From the NCBI GenBank assembly GCA_965242865.1, contig CBDETK010000013.1, positions 896,001-960,000 of the forward strand: a stretch of DNA of 64,000 bases, read 5' to 3'. The notes beneath the pieces were generated by a model that was not told where the DNA came from, ran no database searches, and saw nothing but the letters and a program-made list of their open reading frames with translations. Source of the DNA: Candidatus Latescibacterota bacterium (lineage in GTDB: Bacteria > Latescibacterota > UBA2968 > UBA8231). Each line of letters begins with the position of its first letter. The stretch's first letter is position 1. The position numbers and the translations under genes are program-made. This document shows, piece by piece, positions 36,513-46,590 of this stretch.

Positions 36513-37805
36513 TTATGGATAGAGACGCTGCATGGTGCGCGGAAATGGAACGGCCTCGCGCACATGCTTGAGACCGCACACCCAAGCGACCACCCGCTCA
36601 ATGCCCATGCCAAAGCCGGCATGTTCGACCGAACCATAGCGCCGCAAGTCGAGATACCAGTTAAAGGCCGCTGGGGGCAGCTGATGCGCGGCTATTTTGT
36701 GCTGCAAGACCGCGAGATCGTCTTCGCGTTGCCCCCCGCCGACGATTTCCCCGTACCCTTCGGGCGCCAGCAGGTCCATGCACAGAGCCAAGCGGCGGTC
36801 TTGGGCATCTTCCTTCATGTAGAACGCTTTGACCGCCCGGGGATAGCGGTGGACGAAAACCGGCGACTCAAACTCGGAGGCGAGGAGCGTTTCGTCGTCT
36901 CCCCCCAGATCGTGCCCCCAAGCAATGTCGCTGCCCAAGGCGGTCAAGCGGTCGACCGCTTCGTCGTAGGTGATGCGCGGAAAGGGCCGGCGGACCTGCT
37001 CCAGCTTGGCGGAATCTCGGTCGAGCACCGTTAGCTCGGCGCGGCAGCGGTCGAGGACGCGGTCGAGCGCGTACAGGACCAGGTCTTCGGCCAAGGCCAT
37101 GGCCCCCGCTAGATCGCAATAGGCCATCTCCGGCTCAATCATCCAAAACTCGGTTAGGTGCCGGCGGGTCTTGGACTTTTCTGCGCGGAACGTCGGCCCA
37201 AAGCAATAGACCTGCCCCAAAGCCATGGCGGCCGCTTCCATATAGAGCTGGCCGCTCTGGGTCAAATAAGCCGTGTCGTCGAAATACGCGGTCTCAAACA
37301 GGGTTGAGGTGCCCTCGCAGGCCGCGGGCGTAAAAATCGGCGCATCCACGAGCACAAAGCGGCGCTCTTCCATGAAGTCGCGGCACGCTTGGCAGACTGT
37401 GCTGCGGATTTTGAGAATGGCCCGAGGCCGCATCGACCGCAGCCACAAGTGGCGGTGGTCGAGGAGAAAGGACACCCCGTGTTCCTTGGGCGCGATGGGA
37501 TACGGCTCGGCCTCCTGCACGACATCGAGGTGGCTAACCCCCACCTCATAGCCGATGGGGGCGCGAGCCTCTCGCCGCACTTGGCCGCGGACGACGAGCG
37601 AAGACTCTTGCGGCAAGCGAGCGCAGTGCTCGAATAGTTCGGGCGCGACATCGCCCTTAAACACGACGCATTGCACCACGCCACTGCCGTCGCGCAATTG
37701 CAGGAAGTGCAGCTTGCCACTAGAGCGCCTGTTGTACAACCAACCGCGCAACGCAACTTCTCGCCCCTCGTAGCGGCCAATATCAGCGACCTGAATCGAC
37801 TCCAT
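36513..37805 (-). CDS. asnS: Asparagine--tRNA ligase
   Basis: FLQLRDG, LTQSGQLY, FRAEKSKTRRHLTEFWM, GMGIER; start MESIQ. Confidence 0.96.
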   Translation of the reverse strand: MESIQVADIGRYEGREVALRGWLYNRRSSGKLHFLQLRDGSGVVQCVVFKGDVAPELFEHCARLPQESSLVVRGQVRREARAPIGYEVGVSHLDVVQEAEPYPIAPKEHGVSFLLDHRHLWLRSMRPRAILKIRSTVCQACRDFMEERRFVLVDAPIFTPAACEGTSTLFETAYFDDTAYLTQSGQLYMEAAAMALGQVYCFGPTFRAEKSKTRRHLTEFWMIEPEMAYCDLAGAMALAEDLVLYALDRVLDRCRAELTVLDRDSAKLEQVRRPFPRITYDEAVDRLTALGSDIAWGHDLGGDDETLLASEFESPVFVHRYPRAVKAFYMKEDAQDRRLALCMDLLAPEGYGEIVGGGQREDDLAVLQHKIAAHQLPPAAFNWYLDLRRYGSVEHAGFGMGIERVVAWVCGLKHVREAVPFPRTMQRLYP

Positions 37806-37819
37806 TTTCTCATCCGTAG

Positions 37820-37887
37820 CGTCATGCCCGCGAACGCGGGAATCCAGATGTGGGTATTCCGTCATGCCCGCGAACGCGGGAATCCAG
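37820..37887. repeat. Two tandem REP/dRS3-like palindromes (40-bp period)
   Basis: CGTCATGCCCGCGAACGCGGGAATCCAG at 37820 and 37860. Confidence 0.9.
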
Positions 37888-37906
37888 TCTTGCTATAACA
37901 TAAAGA

Positions 37907-37937
37907 GAAGGCTATCGAGATAGACTCGATAGCCTTC
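37907..37937 (-). terminator. Terminator hairpin after pnp
   Basis: 13-bp stem GAAGGCTATCGAG/CTCGATAGCCTTC followed by TCTTT on the - strand. Confidence 0.75.
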
Positions 37938-37960
37938 CCATCCTAGCCGAGACCAGCCCC

Positions 37961-40030
37961 CTACTTCTTTAACAGGGCCTTGTGGCTGAGTCGCATCTTG
38001 CCGCCGGTGTCAATTTCGAGGACCTTGACGGCGATTCGGTCCCCTTGCCCGACGACGTCCTCGACCTTGTCCACGCGCCGATGGGCCAGCTCGGAGATGT
38101 GCAACAGGCCCTCCTTGCCGGGCAAAATCTCGACGAAGGCCCCAAAGGGCATGACCCGCTTGACGACCCCGTCGTACTCCCGGCCCACCTCGGCGTCGGC
38201 CGTGATTCCCTCGATCATGCGCCGCGCCTCTTCGGCCGGGCCGGCTTCAACCGAGGCAATAGTAATCGTGCCGTCTTCATCGACATTGACCGTGGCCCCG
38301 GTCTTTTCGATCTCGCGGATGGTCTTGCCGCCCGGGCCGATGACCGCGCCGATTTTGCTCTGGTCAATTTTGACGAATTCAATGCGCGGCGCCCAGCGCG
38401 AAAGCTCGGACCGCGCCGCGCTCAGGCATTCGTTCATAAGGGCCAAGACCTGCTCGCGCCCCTGTTTGGCGCGGTCGAGGGCCTCCTTGAACACGCTGAG
38501 CGACAAGCCCTGGATTTTAATGTCCATCTGAATCGCGGTAATCCCGTCCTCGGTGCCAGCGACCTTGAGGTCCATGTCGCCGAGAAAATCTTCGGCGTCG
38601 CGGATGTCGGTCAGCAGCTCGTACTCGTCCCCTTCCTTGACCAAGCCCACGCCCGTCCCGCACACCGCGGTTTTGACCGGAATGCCGGCGTCCATCAAGG
38701 CGAGGGAGCAGCCGCACACCGTGGCCATGGAGCTGGAGCTGCTCGACTCAGTAATATCGGACACCAACCGAATCGTGTAGGGAAAGGACTCGACCGCTGG
38801 GATGACCGGCTCTAGGGCGCGCTCGGCCAGATGGCCATGGCCGATGTCCCGACGCCCCGGACCGCGCTCAAAGCGCACTTCCCCGACCGAATACGGGGGA
38901 AAGTTGTAATCCAAGTAGTAGGACTTAAACCGCTTGCCCTGCAGGTCGTCGGCCATGCGCTCGTCAAGCTTGGTCCCCAGCGTTGCCACGCACAGGGCTT
39001 GGGTCTGCCCGCGCGTAAAAAGCGCTGAGCCGTGCGCCCGCGGCAGCACCGCGCTTTCGCAGGTGACGTCGCGCACCGCGTCGAGCGCCCGGCCGTCAAT
39101 GCGCCGCTTCTCTTGGAGAATCATGGCGCGCATGTCGGCCTTGAGCAGCACCTCCAGCTCGTCCTTGATGAGCCTTTCGGCGTCGGGGAAACGCTCGGCC
39201 AAGCGCGCCAAGACATCGGCGTTGATCGCGTCGATGCGCGCTTGGCGCTCTTCTTTGACCGGGCTTCGGTTGGCCTCGGCAATGCGGTCGCCAGCCAACT
39301 CGGCCACGGCTTGGACCAGCGCGGGATCGGCCTCTTCGGTCTCGATGACGATTTTCTCCTGGCCGACTTCCGCGCTGAGTTGCTTTTGCAGCTCGACCAA
39401 TTCGACGATGCACTCGTGGCCAAAGGCCAACGCATCCACGAGGGCTTGCTCGGCAATCTCGTGGGCCCCGCCTTCGACGCTGACGATGGAATCGGCCGTG
39501 CCGCAGACCATGATCTCGAGATCGGAATCATCGAGCTCGGCCGGGGTCGGATTGGCCACGAACTCGCCGTTGATGCGCCCGACCCGCACGGCCCCGATCG
39601 GGCCGGCAAAGGGAATGTCCGAGATGCTCAGGGCGGCCGAGGCCCCGATTAAACCCAAGACGTCGGCGTCGTTTTCGCCGTCGTACGACAGCACCGAAAC
39701 ATAGACTTGGAGCTCGTAGGGGAACTTCTTGGGGAACATGGGCCGGATGGGGTGGTCGATCAACCGCGCACTCAGGGTCTCCTTTTCCGAGGGACGCCCT
39801 TCGCGCTTGAAGATGTTGCCCGGTATCTTGCCCCCAGCGTAGGCCTTTTCCCGATAATCTACGATCAAGGGCAAAAAGCCGCGGTCCTCCGGGGTGTTGG
39901 TGCGGCAGGCCGTGACCAGCACGACGGTCTCCCCGTATTGCACCCACACGGCCCCGTTGGCTTGCTTGGCGATGCGGCCGGTTTCGATCGACAGGCTCCG
40001 CCCGCCTATTTCGCGTTCTAGTTTAGTCAT
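37961..40030 (-). CDS. pnp: Polyribonucleotide nucleotidyltransferase
   Basis: RAHGSALFTRGQTQ, GDMDLKVAGT, KH and S1 domains. Confidence 0.97.
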   Translation of the reverse strand: MTKLEREIGGRSLSIETGRIAKQANGAVWVQYGETVVLVTACRTNTPEDRGFLPLIVDYREKAYAGGKIPGNIFKREGRPSEKETLSARLIDHPIRPMFPKKFPYELQVYVSVLSYDGENDADVLGLIGASAALSISDIPFAGPIGAVRVGRINGEFVANPTPAELDDSDLEIMVCGTADSIVSVEGGAHEIAEQALVDALAFGHECIVELVELQKQLSAEVGQEKIVIETEEADPALVQAVAELAGDRIAEANRSPVKEERQARIDAINADVLARLAERFPDAERLIKDELEVLLKADMRAMILQEKRRIDGRALDAVRDVTCESAVLPRAHGSALFTRGQTQALCVATLGTKLDERMADDLQGKRFKSYYLDYNFPPYSVGEVRFERGPGRRDIGHGHLAERALEPVIPAVESFPYTIRLVSDITESSSSSSMATVCGCSLALMDAGIPVKTAVCGTGVGLVKEGDEYELLTDIRDAEDFLGDMDLKVAGTEDGITAIQMDIKIQGLSLSVFKEALDRAKQGREQVLALMNECLSAARSELSRWAPRIEFVKIDQSKIGAVIGPGGKTIREIEKTGATVNVDEDGTITIASVEAGPAEEARRMIEGITADAEVGREYDGVVKRVMPFGAFVEILPGKEGLLHISELAHRRVDKVEDVVGQGDRIAVKVLEIDTGGKMRLSHKALLKK

Positions 40031-40092
40031 TGGATATATCTTTTGCTCTTTCCTTTGAGGTGAGGTTTGAAATCAACGAGCACCGCTACGAG

Positions 40093-40359
40093 CTAGCGGC
40101 GCAATCCAAGCTCGCGGATCAATGCCGCGTACGCCTGCGGGTTTTTCTTTTGGTAGTAGCTCTGCAATCGCCTCCTTTTGCCTATGAGTACGAGTAACCC
40201 TCGCCGCGTGGCAAAGTCCTTTTGCTGGTCCTTGAGATGTTCGGTCAGGTTCCGGATCCGCTCGGTGAGAATCGCGATCTGCACCGGGGTGGAACCCGGG
40301 CCGCCCTCTGGGCCAAACTTTTCAATCAGTTCCTTCTTGCGTTCGCTGGTTATGGACAC
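40093..40359 (-). CDS. rpsO: 30S ribosomal protein S15
   Basis: GSTPVQIAILTERI, RRGLL; GTG 40359 after GGAGG. Confidence 0.95.
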   Translation of the reverse strand: MSITSERKKELIEKFGPEGGPGSTPVQIAILTERIRNLTEHLKDQQKDFATRRGLLVLIGKRRRLQSYYQKKNPQAYAALIRELGLRR

Positions 40360-40786
40360 TTCCAACCTCCGTATTTCGTTTCGCACCGCGCTGTTGGCCA
40401 CGGGCGGCAAACAAGGCGCGTGCTCGATGAATGTCTCTGCGGATTTGCCCTACCAACTCAGCGGGGCAGGCAAATGCGCGTGGGTCGCGCAGCTTCTCTA
40501 GGAGGACGACCTGTAAGGTCTGGCCGTAGAGGTCGCCGGCAAAATCGAGGATGTGCAACTCGATGACGAGCGCTGCTTCGGCGAATGTGGGCCGAGGGCC
40601 GATATGCGCCACGGCCGGCAAAACCCCACTTTGGCGGTATTGCACTGCGGCGGCAAAGACCCCTTGGGGCAAGGGCGCATCGCTTGGGGGCTGCAAATTC
40701 GCCGTGGGAAACCCCAGTGTTCGGCCCCGGCCTTGGCCCTTGGTGACGCGGCCGGAAAAACGCACGCCAGCGCATTCCCATTCCAT
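40322..40786 (-). CDS. Monofunctional riboflavin kinase (RibF C-terminal domain only)
   Basis: GRGRTLGFPTAN, IGPRPTF, IELHILDFAGDLYG; 154 aa. Confidence 0.9.
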   Translation of the reverse strand: MEWECAGVRFSGRVTKGQGRGRTLGFPTANLQPPSDAPLPQGVFAAAVQYRQSGVLPAVAHIGPRPTFAEAALVIELHILDFAGDLYGQTLQVVLLEKLRDPRAFACPAELVGQIRRDIHRARALFAARGQQRGAKRNTEVGSVHNQRTQEGTD

Positions 40787-41677
40787 TTAAGGTTGGCGCA
40801 AAACGCACACCGGCCGCAACGCCCCCTGCTCCCACCGGGCGAGGCCAACCAAGGTTTCCGCCGCGTCAAAAACCGCGCAGACCGCGTGCGGCCCCGCCGG
40901 GTACTCGATTGGCTTGCCATGGGCGAAATCGGCTAGCTTGCCTTCGTTCAGCTCGACGACCGCTAGCCCACTCAGTGCCTGCCGCGGGTGGACCAGGGCC
41001 TCTTCAAGGCGACCCGCTCTACTCAGGCTCGCGACCTGCTCCAACGTCCGCGCTTGGGCCAAGCCGAGGTCACCGGATCGCAGCCGGCGCAATGTTGCCA
41101 AATAGGCACCCGTCCCCAAGACGCGCCCTAGATCCGCGGCCAGCGAGCGAATGTACGTCCCCGCCGAGCAACGGATTTTTACGCTTAGTCTGGGAAAATC
41201 GTACCCGAGCAATTCTAGGGTGTGGATGTGGACGCGGCGAGGTTTGAGGACGACCTGGTCCCCGCGCCGCGCCCGCTTGTACGAGCGCACCCCGGCCACT
41301 TTTACCGCTGAATGCGGCGGCGGCACTTGGTCTAGTGCCCCCGTAAAGGCGCGCAAGGCTCGGGCCACGCTTGGGACGTCGGGCGGCATGCCGTGCGCTT
41401 GGGGGCGAATCGGCCCCTCGGCGTCGCCCGTAGCACTGACCGCCCCCAGACAAATCTCGGCCTCGTATTCCTTGTCCGCGCCACTGAGCCATCGGTTGAG
41501 CCGAGTATAGCGCCCCAGACAGACGACTAAGACGCCGCTGGCCAAAGGGTCGAGCGTACCGCAGTGCCCAATGCGCCGCAACTGCAATAGACGCCGGAGC
41601 GAGGCGATTACGTCGTGGGAAGTGGGGCCTGTGGCTTTGTCGATGACCAACACCCCGGTCAAGGCCGAATCAGTCAT
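40787..41677 (-). CDS. truB: tRNA pseudouridine(55) synthase
   Basis: GHCGTLDPLASG, QVPP.HSAVK, CSAGTYIRSL. Confidence 0.96.
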   Translation of the reverse strand: MTDSALTGVLVIDKATGPTSHDVIASLRRLLQLRRIGHCGTLDPLASGVLVVCLGRYTRLNRWLSGADKEYEAEICLGAVSATGDAEGPIRPQAHGMPPDVPSVARALRAFTGALDQVPPPHSAVKVAGVRSYKRARRGDQVVLKPRRVHIHTLELLGYDFPRLSVKIRCSAGTYIRSLAADLGRVLGTGAYLATLRRLRSGDLGLAQARTLEQVASLSRAGRLEEALVHPRQALSGLAVVELNEGKLADFAHGKPIEYPAGPHAVCAVFDAAETLVGLARWEQGALRPVCVLRQP

Positions 41678-42029
41678 GCGGGGCTCCACCGAGACCGAGA
41701 CCATCGATCAGGGCCGTAACGCGCACGGCGCGCTCGGTGGTGTCGTCGTACACCACCCGCAACTGGGGCGCGTAGCGTAAGCGCAGGCGCTGGGCCATTG
41801 CTCGGCGTATAAAACCCAAGCCTCGGTGCATTCCTTGCAGCACCTGCTTTTTGTCGTCGTCGTCGCCGAGGGTGTTGACAAAGATCGTGGCATGGCTCAT
41901 GTCGGAGGAGAGTTCCACATCGGCGATTTGAACGAGCTGTAGCCGCGGATCGTTCATCCGACCTACAATGTCGGTCAACTCGCGCAGCAACTGCTCGCGC
42001 ACTCGGCTAATTCGTTGTGGGGAAGCCAC
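41670..42029 (-). CDS. rbfA: Ribosome-binding factor A
   Basis: DPRL, LRLRYAPQL; synteny. Confidence 0.93.
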   Translation of the reverse strand: MASPQRISRVREQLLRELTDIVGRMNDPRLQLVQIADVELSSDMSHATIFVNTLGDDDDKKQVLQGMHRGLGFIRRAMAQRLRLRYAPQLRVVYDDTTERAVRVTALIDGLGLGGAPHD

Positions 42030-42035
42030 CGGCGC

Positions 42036-42317
42036 TCAGTGTATTTCCATTTGGTAGTCGAGGATATGCACTCGGGGATCGCCTTCGACGAAGTTGACGA
42101 TTTTGGTCAACATCTCGTCGCAGTGTTCAACGGCCGAACTCACCACCGCAATCCCCAGCACCGACCGCTGCCACAGCGCGTGGTCATCTACTTCGGCTAC
42201 GGCCGCGTTAAAGCGGTTGCGGATGCGTCTCTTGAGGCTGTTGAGGACCTGCCGCTTGTTTTTGAGCGAATGGCTATCGCCGATGTAGATTTGCACCGCA
42301 CAACTCATGACGATCAA
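42036..42317 (-). CDS. DUF503 (YlxP-like) protein
   Basis: SHSLKNKR, FNAAVAEV..H.LWQRS. Confidence 0.88.
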   Translation of the reverse strand: MIVMSCAVQIYIGDSHSLKNKRQVLNSLKRRIRNRFNAAVAEVDDHALWQRSVLGIAVVSSAVEHCDEMLTKIVNFVEGDPRVHILDYQMEIH

Positions 42318-42340
42318 AACGGGTCAACAGCCCCCAACCC

Positions 42341-44692
42341 CTAGAGCGTCCGCTCCGTCTCGACCACAACCAGCGACTCGACGATGTCCCCTTCTGCGAT
42401 GTCGTCGAAGGCTGCAAACCCCATGCCGCACTCGAATCCCTCGGCGACCTCGCGCACATCGTCCTTGAACCGCCGCAACGAGGTAAGCTCCCCGGTAAAG
42501 ACGACTTGACCGTCGCGCAAAATCCGCACCTGATTGCTGCGGGTGATGGTGCCGTCTTGCACCAAACAACCCCCGATCGTCCCCATGCGGGACGAGGTAA
42601 AGATCTGGCGGATTTCGGCCCGGCCCACCACCTGCTCTTCGGTCGTCGGGGCCAAAAGGCCGGCCAAGGCCGCGCGCACATCCTCAATGACTTCGTAGAT
42701 GATGCGGTAGTTGCGAATTTCCACGCCTTCTTGGACCGCGAGGTCGCGCGCAGAAGGTTGGGTGGTTACGTGGAAACCGAGCAAAATGGCGTTGGAGGCC
42801 GCGGCCAACAGCACGTCCGATTCCGAGATGGCCCCCACCGCGCTGTGAATGACGTTGACCCGCACTTCTTCGTGCGCGATGCGGCCCAACTCTTCGGCGA
42901 TGGCCTCGACCGATCCATCGACATCGCCTTTGACCACCACCCGCAGCTCTTGGATGTGGCCCTGCTGGATTTGATCGTGTAAATCGCTGAGTGTGACCGT
43001 GCGCAGCTTGCGGTGATCTTGCTCGCGCTTGATGAGCTGCCGCCGCTGGCTCAGGTCCTTGGCCTCGCGCTCGGAGTTGGCAACGGCAAACACATCCCCC
43101 GCTTGCGGGACCCCGGGCAATCCAAGCACTTGGACGGGCACGGAGGGCTTTGCTTGGGAGACGCGCTGGCCGTGTTCGTCGAGCAGGGCGCGCACCCGGC
43201 CGCTGTGGACGCCGGTAATAAAAGGCTCGCCAATGCGCAACGTCCCCTCTTGCACCAAGACCGTAGCCACAGGCCCCCGTCCCTTGTCGAGGTGGGCTTC
43301 GACGATCGTCCCGCGGGCTTTTTTGTAGGGGTTGGCCTGCAACTCGAGCAACTCGGCCACGATGAGGAGCACTTCGAGCAAGTGGTCTAGGCCCTGCCCG
43401 GTCTTGGCCGAGATTTCGGCGCAAGGAATCTGCCCGCCCCACTCTTCGACTAAGACCCCCTTTTCTGCTAATTCCCGCTTGATCTTGTCTGGGTCGGCCG
43501 TAGGGAGGTCGATTTTGTTGATCGCCACGACTAAGGGGACCTGCGCGGCCTTGGCGTGGTCGATCGCTTCGATGGTTTGGGGCATGACGCTGTCGTCGGC
43601 CGCCACGACTAGGATCACGATGTCGGTGACCCGCGAACCGCGCGCCCGCATCGCCGTAAACGCCGCATGCCCTGGGGTATCGAGAAACGTCACGCCGCGC
43701 CCGTCTTCGACGCTGATCACGTACGCCCCGATGTGCTGGGTAATGCCTCCGGACTCGCCTTCGACCACCTTGCTTTCGCGCAAGTGGTCGAGCAACGAGG
43801 TTTTGCCGTGGTCGACATGGCCCATCACGGTGATGACCGGAGGCCGCGGCTCGGGCTCGCCGACTTCTTCCTCCTCGACGATGTCGTCCAACTCGGCTTC
43901 TTCGGCCTCCAGCGGCACCACTTCAAAGCCCAATTCGTCGGCCAGCGTCTGCATGGTGTCCATATCGAGGCGCTGATTGATGGTCGCCATGGTGCCCATC
44001 TGCAGACACAGGGCGATTACTTCGCTGGCCTTGACCCCGAGTTGTTCGGCAAATTCGCCGAGCGTGATAAACTCGCTAACCTTGATCTGGGGGGTCGGAC
44101 CATCTTCGCCGGCCCCGTCTTCGTGCGGGCCGCGATCGTAGCGGCGGCGCACCCGGCCTTCGTTGAGCTGACTCAAGGTCCGCCGGACGCTTTCTTGCAC
44201 CGCCTTGGCATCGGGCACCCCTTTGCGCCGCCGCCCCCGCCGGCGCTTGGGCGGCGCCCCCGGCAAATTGGCCTGGGCCGTTACCTCCCGCTTCTCGCCC
44301 AATTCGCGGATGCTTTCTAGGCCGTTTTGGCCCTTGCCGCGGCGGCGCCGACGGCGGCCTCCTTCGGGCTTGTCCGGCAGCGGCGCGGTGCGCTCGGTGG
44401 CTGGCCCCGCCGTGCCCGGCTTGCGAGTTGCCGAGCCCTTGTCGCGGCGGCGCTCGGACCGCGAGCGACCGGCCTGTTTGCGACTGTCCTCTTTGGCCTT
44501 CTGCCGCTTTACTTCCTCTATCGAGCTCTTCTTCTCTTCATCTAGTTTGCGGTTGATGGCCTCCAGCATTTCGGGCGTAACTACGCTCATGTGGCTTCTT
44601 ACTTCCATATCCATGCCCTTCAGCATGGATATGAGCGCATCGCTGGACAACTTCTGTTCCTTGGCTACTTGATAAACCCGGCGCTTTTCCAA
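42341..44692 (-). CDS. infB: Translation initiation factor IF-2
   Basis: MGHVDHGKT, GGITQHIGA, DTPGH, KGDVDGS. Confidence 0.98.
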   Translation of the reverse strand: MEKRRVYQVAKEQKLSSDALISMLKGMDMEVRSHMSVVTPEMLEAINRKLDEEKKSSIEEVKRQKAKEDSRKQAGRSRSERRRDKGSATRKPGTAGPATERTAPLPDKPEGGRRRRRRGKGQNGLESIRELGEKREVTAQANLPGAPPKRRRGRRRKGVPDAKAVQESVRRTLSQLNEGRVRRRYDRGPHEDGAGEDGPTPQIKVSEFITLGEFAEQLGVKASEVIALCLQMGTMATINQRLDMDTMQTLADELGFEVVPLEAEEAELDDIVEEEEVGEPEPRPPVITVMGHVDHGKTSLLDHLRESKVVEGESGGITQHIGAYVISVEDGRGVTFLDTPGHAAFTAMRARGSRVTDIVILVVAADDSVMPQTIEAIDHAKAAQVPLVVAINKIDLPTADPDKIKRELAEKGVLVEEWGGQIPCAEISAKTGQGLDHLLEVLLIVAELLELQANPYKKARGTIVEAHLDKGRGPVATVLVQEGTLRIGEPFITGVHSGRVRALLDEHGQRVSQAKPSVPVQVLGLPGVPQAGDVFAVANSEREAKDLSQRRQLIKREQDHRKLRTVTLSDLHDQIQQGHIQELRVVVKGDVDGSVEAIAEELGRIAHEEVRVNVIHSAVGAISESDVLLAAASNAILLGFHVTTQPSARDLAVQEGVEIRNYRIIYEVIEDVRAALAGLLAPTTEEQVVGRAEIRQIFTSSRMGTIGGCLVQDGTITRSNQVRILRDGQVVFTGELTSLRRFKDDVREVAEGFECGMGFAAFDDIAEGDIVESLVVVETERTL

Positions 44693-44706
44693 AACGACTC
44701 CCTCAG

Positions 44707-46059
44707 CTACTCAACCCTTGGGTCTGCCTCATCGCCCGCAGCAGGCGCGGCGAGCGCCTCTTCCCCCTCAGCCTCAGCAGCGGTCAATGACTCGATATCG
44801 ACCTCGCCGTGCTCGGCAAGGTACGCGGCGGCGGCCGCCTTTACTCCGTGGGCGGCTTCGGCTGGCTCTAGGCCTGGCACGGTCTGCAATAGCTCCAACT
44901 CGGCCTCGGCAACCGAGGTAATGGAGTCGAAACCGGACGTGGTCAAACTCAGGGCAATCAGTTCGCTAATGCCATCTATCTGGCGGAATACTTGCTGGTA
45001 CTGCTCCTGTTTGGCTCGGCGCTCTTGGTATTGCTCATCGGTGATAATATCGAGGCCCCAACCTGTGAGTTGGCTCGCGAGTTTGGTGTTTTGCCCCCCC
45101 TTGCCAATGGCCAGCGACAGCTGCTCCTCTTCGACGAGCACGACGGCGTGCCGACGGCGCGAATCCGTGATGCAGCGCATTACATTGGCGGGGCTTAGGG
45201 CCCGACTTATGAATATATCCGGCTCGTCGATCCAAGGAACGATGTCTATGCGCTCGCCGCTCAATTCTCGGACGACGGCTTGGACCCGCGACCCTTTCAC
45301 GCCGACACAGGCTCCCACGGGGTCCACGCGCTCGTCGCTGCTGCTGACCGCGATTTTTGCCCGCTCGCCCGGGTCGCGGGCTACGCCGTGAATTTCGACG
45401 GTGCCCTCGGCTATCTCGGGCACTTCCGTAGCAAAGAGCTTTCTGAGGAATTCGGGCCGCGTGCGGGAGAGCAAAACCTGAGGCCCCCGGCTCGACTTGA
45501 GCACCTCGTATATATAGCCTCGCACTGCATCGCCTTGGCGATAGCGCTCGCGGCGGATTTGCTCTTTGTATGGAACGGCCGCTTCGGCCCGGCCGAGGTT
45601 GAGGATGATGTCGCCGTGGCTGATCTGCTGCACAGAACCGGACTCGACGAGGCCGACCCGGCCGATAAATTCGTCGTATATTCGCTCGCGCTCGGCTTCG
45701 CGGACCCGCTGAATGAGAATTTGCTTTGCGGTTTGGATGGCATTGCGGCCAAAGTCGGCAAAATTGAGCTGTTGCACCAGCACGGAACCCAACTGGACAT
45801 GCGGGTCTAGGTCCTGCGCGTCGGCGAGGAGGATTTCCATGGACGGCTCGACCACTTCTTCGACGACGGTCTTGCGGGCGTACACGGCCATTTTGCCTTG
45901 GGCCGCGTCGATGTCAACTTCGTAGTTTTCAGTATTGCCGTAGTGCCTTTTGGCGGCTGAAATCAGGGCGTCGGCCAAGGTCTGCACCACCAATTCCCGG
46001 TCGACGTTTTTTTCGCGGGCAATCTGTCCCAAAGCTTCAACAATATTGGCGTTGTTCAT
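44707..46059 (-). CDS. nusA: Transcription termination/antitermination factor NusA
   Basis: FGRNAIQTAKQ, DPVGACVG, LAIGKGGQN. Confidence 0.97.
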   Translation of the reverse strand: MNNANIVEALGQIAREKNVDRELVVQTLADALISAAKRHYGNTENYEVDIDAAQGKMAVYARKTVVEEVVEPSMEILLADAQDLDPHVQLGSVLVQQLNFADFGRNAIQTAKQILIQRVREAERERIYDEFIGRVGLVESGSVQQISHGDIILNLGRAEAAVPYKEQIRRERYRQGDAVRGYIYEVLKSSRGPQVLLSRTRPEFLRKLFATEVPEIAEGTVEIHGVARDPGERAKIAVSSSDERVDPVGACVGVKGSRVQAVVRELSGERIDIVPWIDEPDIFISRALSPANVMRCITDSRRRHAVVLVEEEQLSLAIGKGGQNTKLASQLTGWGLDIITDEQYQERRAKQEQYQQVFRQIDGISELIALSLTTSGFDSITSVAEAELELLQTVPGLEPAEAAHGVKAAAAAYLAEHGEVDIESLTAAEAEGEEALAAPAAGDEADPRVE

Positions 46060-46082
46060 GTTTTTTGCTCGACCTTTGACGC

Positions 46083-46535
46083 TTACAATTCTGGTTCGAT
46101 GTTGGCTCTAGCAATGTCGGCCCGCGCTACGAACCCCGCGGGGCTATCGAGTTGAATTCGGTCGGCTTCCCAAGCGACCAACCGGCCTTTAACTACTTGG
46201 CCGGACGCGAGAACGACTTTTAGCAACCGGCCCCGGGCGCGGCTGAAATCCCCTTCGGTCTCTAGGGGTCGGTCCAATCCTGGGGAGGTAACTTCGAGCC
46301 GATACCGTCCGGCAATCGGGTCTTCTATGTCGAAAAGATCGGCCACTTCGCGGCTGATTGACTCGCAGGTGGCCAAGGTTACGCCGCACTTTTTGTGAAC
46401 CAATAATCGAACTAGCGGATTGCCGTGGCCGCCGCTGAGTTCAATATCGACCAGTTCGGCCTCGTGCTCGCGGATAATGGGTTCGGCCAGAGCGACTAAA
46501 TGGGCCTTTAGTGCGAATGTATCGACAGCGGAAAT
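46083..46535 (-). CDS. rimP: Ribosome maturation factor RimP (no canonical start; ATT 46535 proposed)
   Basis: ELVDIE, CESISR, YRLEVTSPGLDRPL; homology extends upstream of the ORF-track start. Confidence 0.85.
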   Translation of the reverse strand: MSAVDTFALKAHLVALAEPIIREHEAELVDIELSGGHGNPLVRLLVHKKCGVTLATCESISREVADLFDIEDPIAGRYRLEVTSPGLDRPLETEGDFSRARGRLLKVVLASGQVVKGRLVAWEADRIQLDSPAGFVARADIARANIEPEL

Positions 46536-46562
46536 ACGCGCTTTTCCCCATTTTCCCCAGTA

Positions 46563-46590
46563 AGAAAAAAGTGGGCTATGATGCCCACTT
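46563..46590 (-). promoter_or_regulatory. rimP leader hairpin with U tract (attenuator-like)
   Basis: AAGTGGGC-ATCATA-GCCCACTT-TTTT, just downstream of TATAAT (46594-46599). Confidence 0.7.

Noticed and set aside
37806-37865. N-terminal extension of AsnS through the palindrome
   Set aside because: ATG 37805 gives a normal-length AsnS; the extension is repeat-derived.
37820-37887. Tandem palindromic repeats as a CRISPR array
   Set aside because: Only two copies, a 12-bp spacer and no cas genes; same family as the dispersed palindromes.
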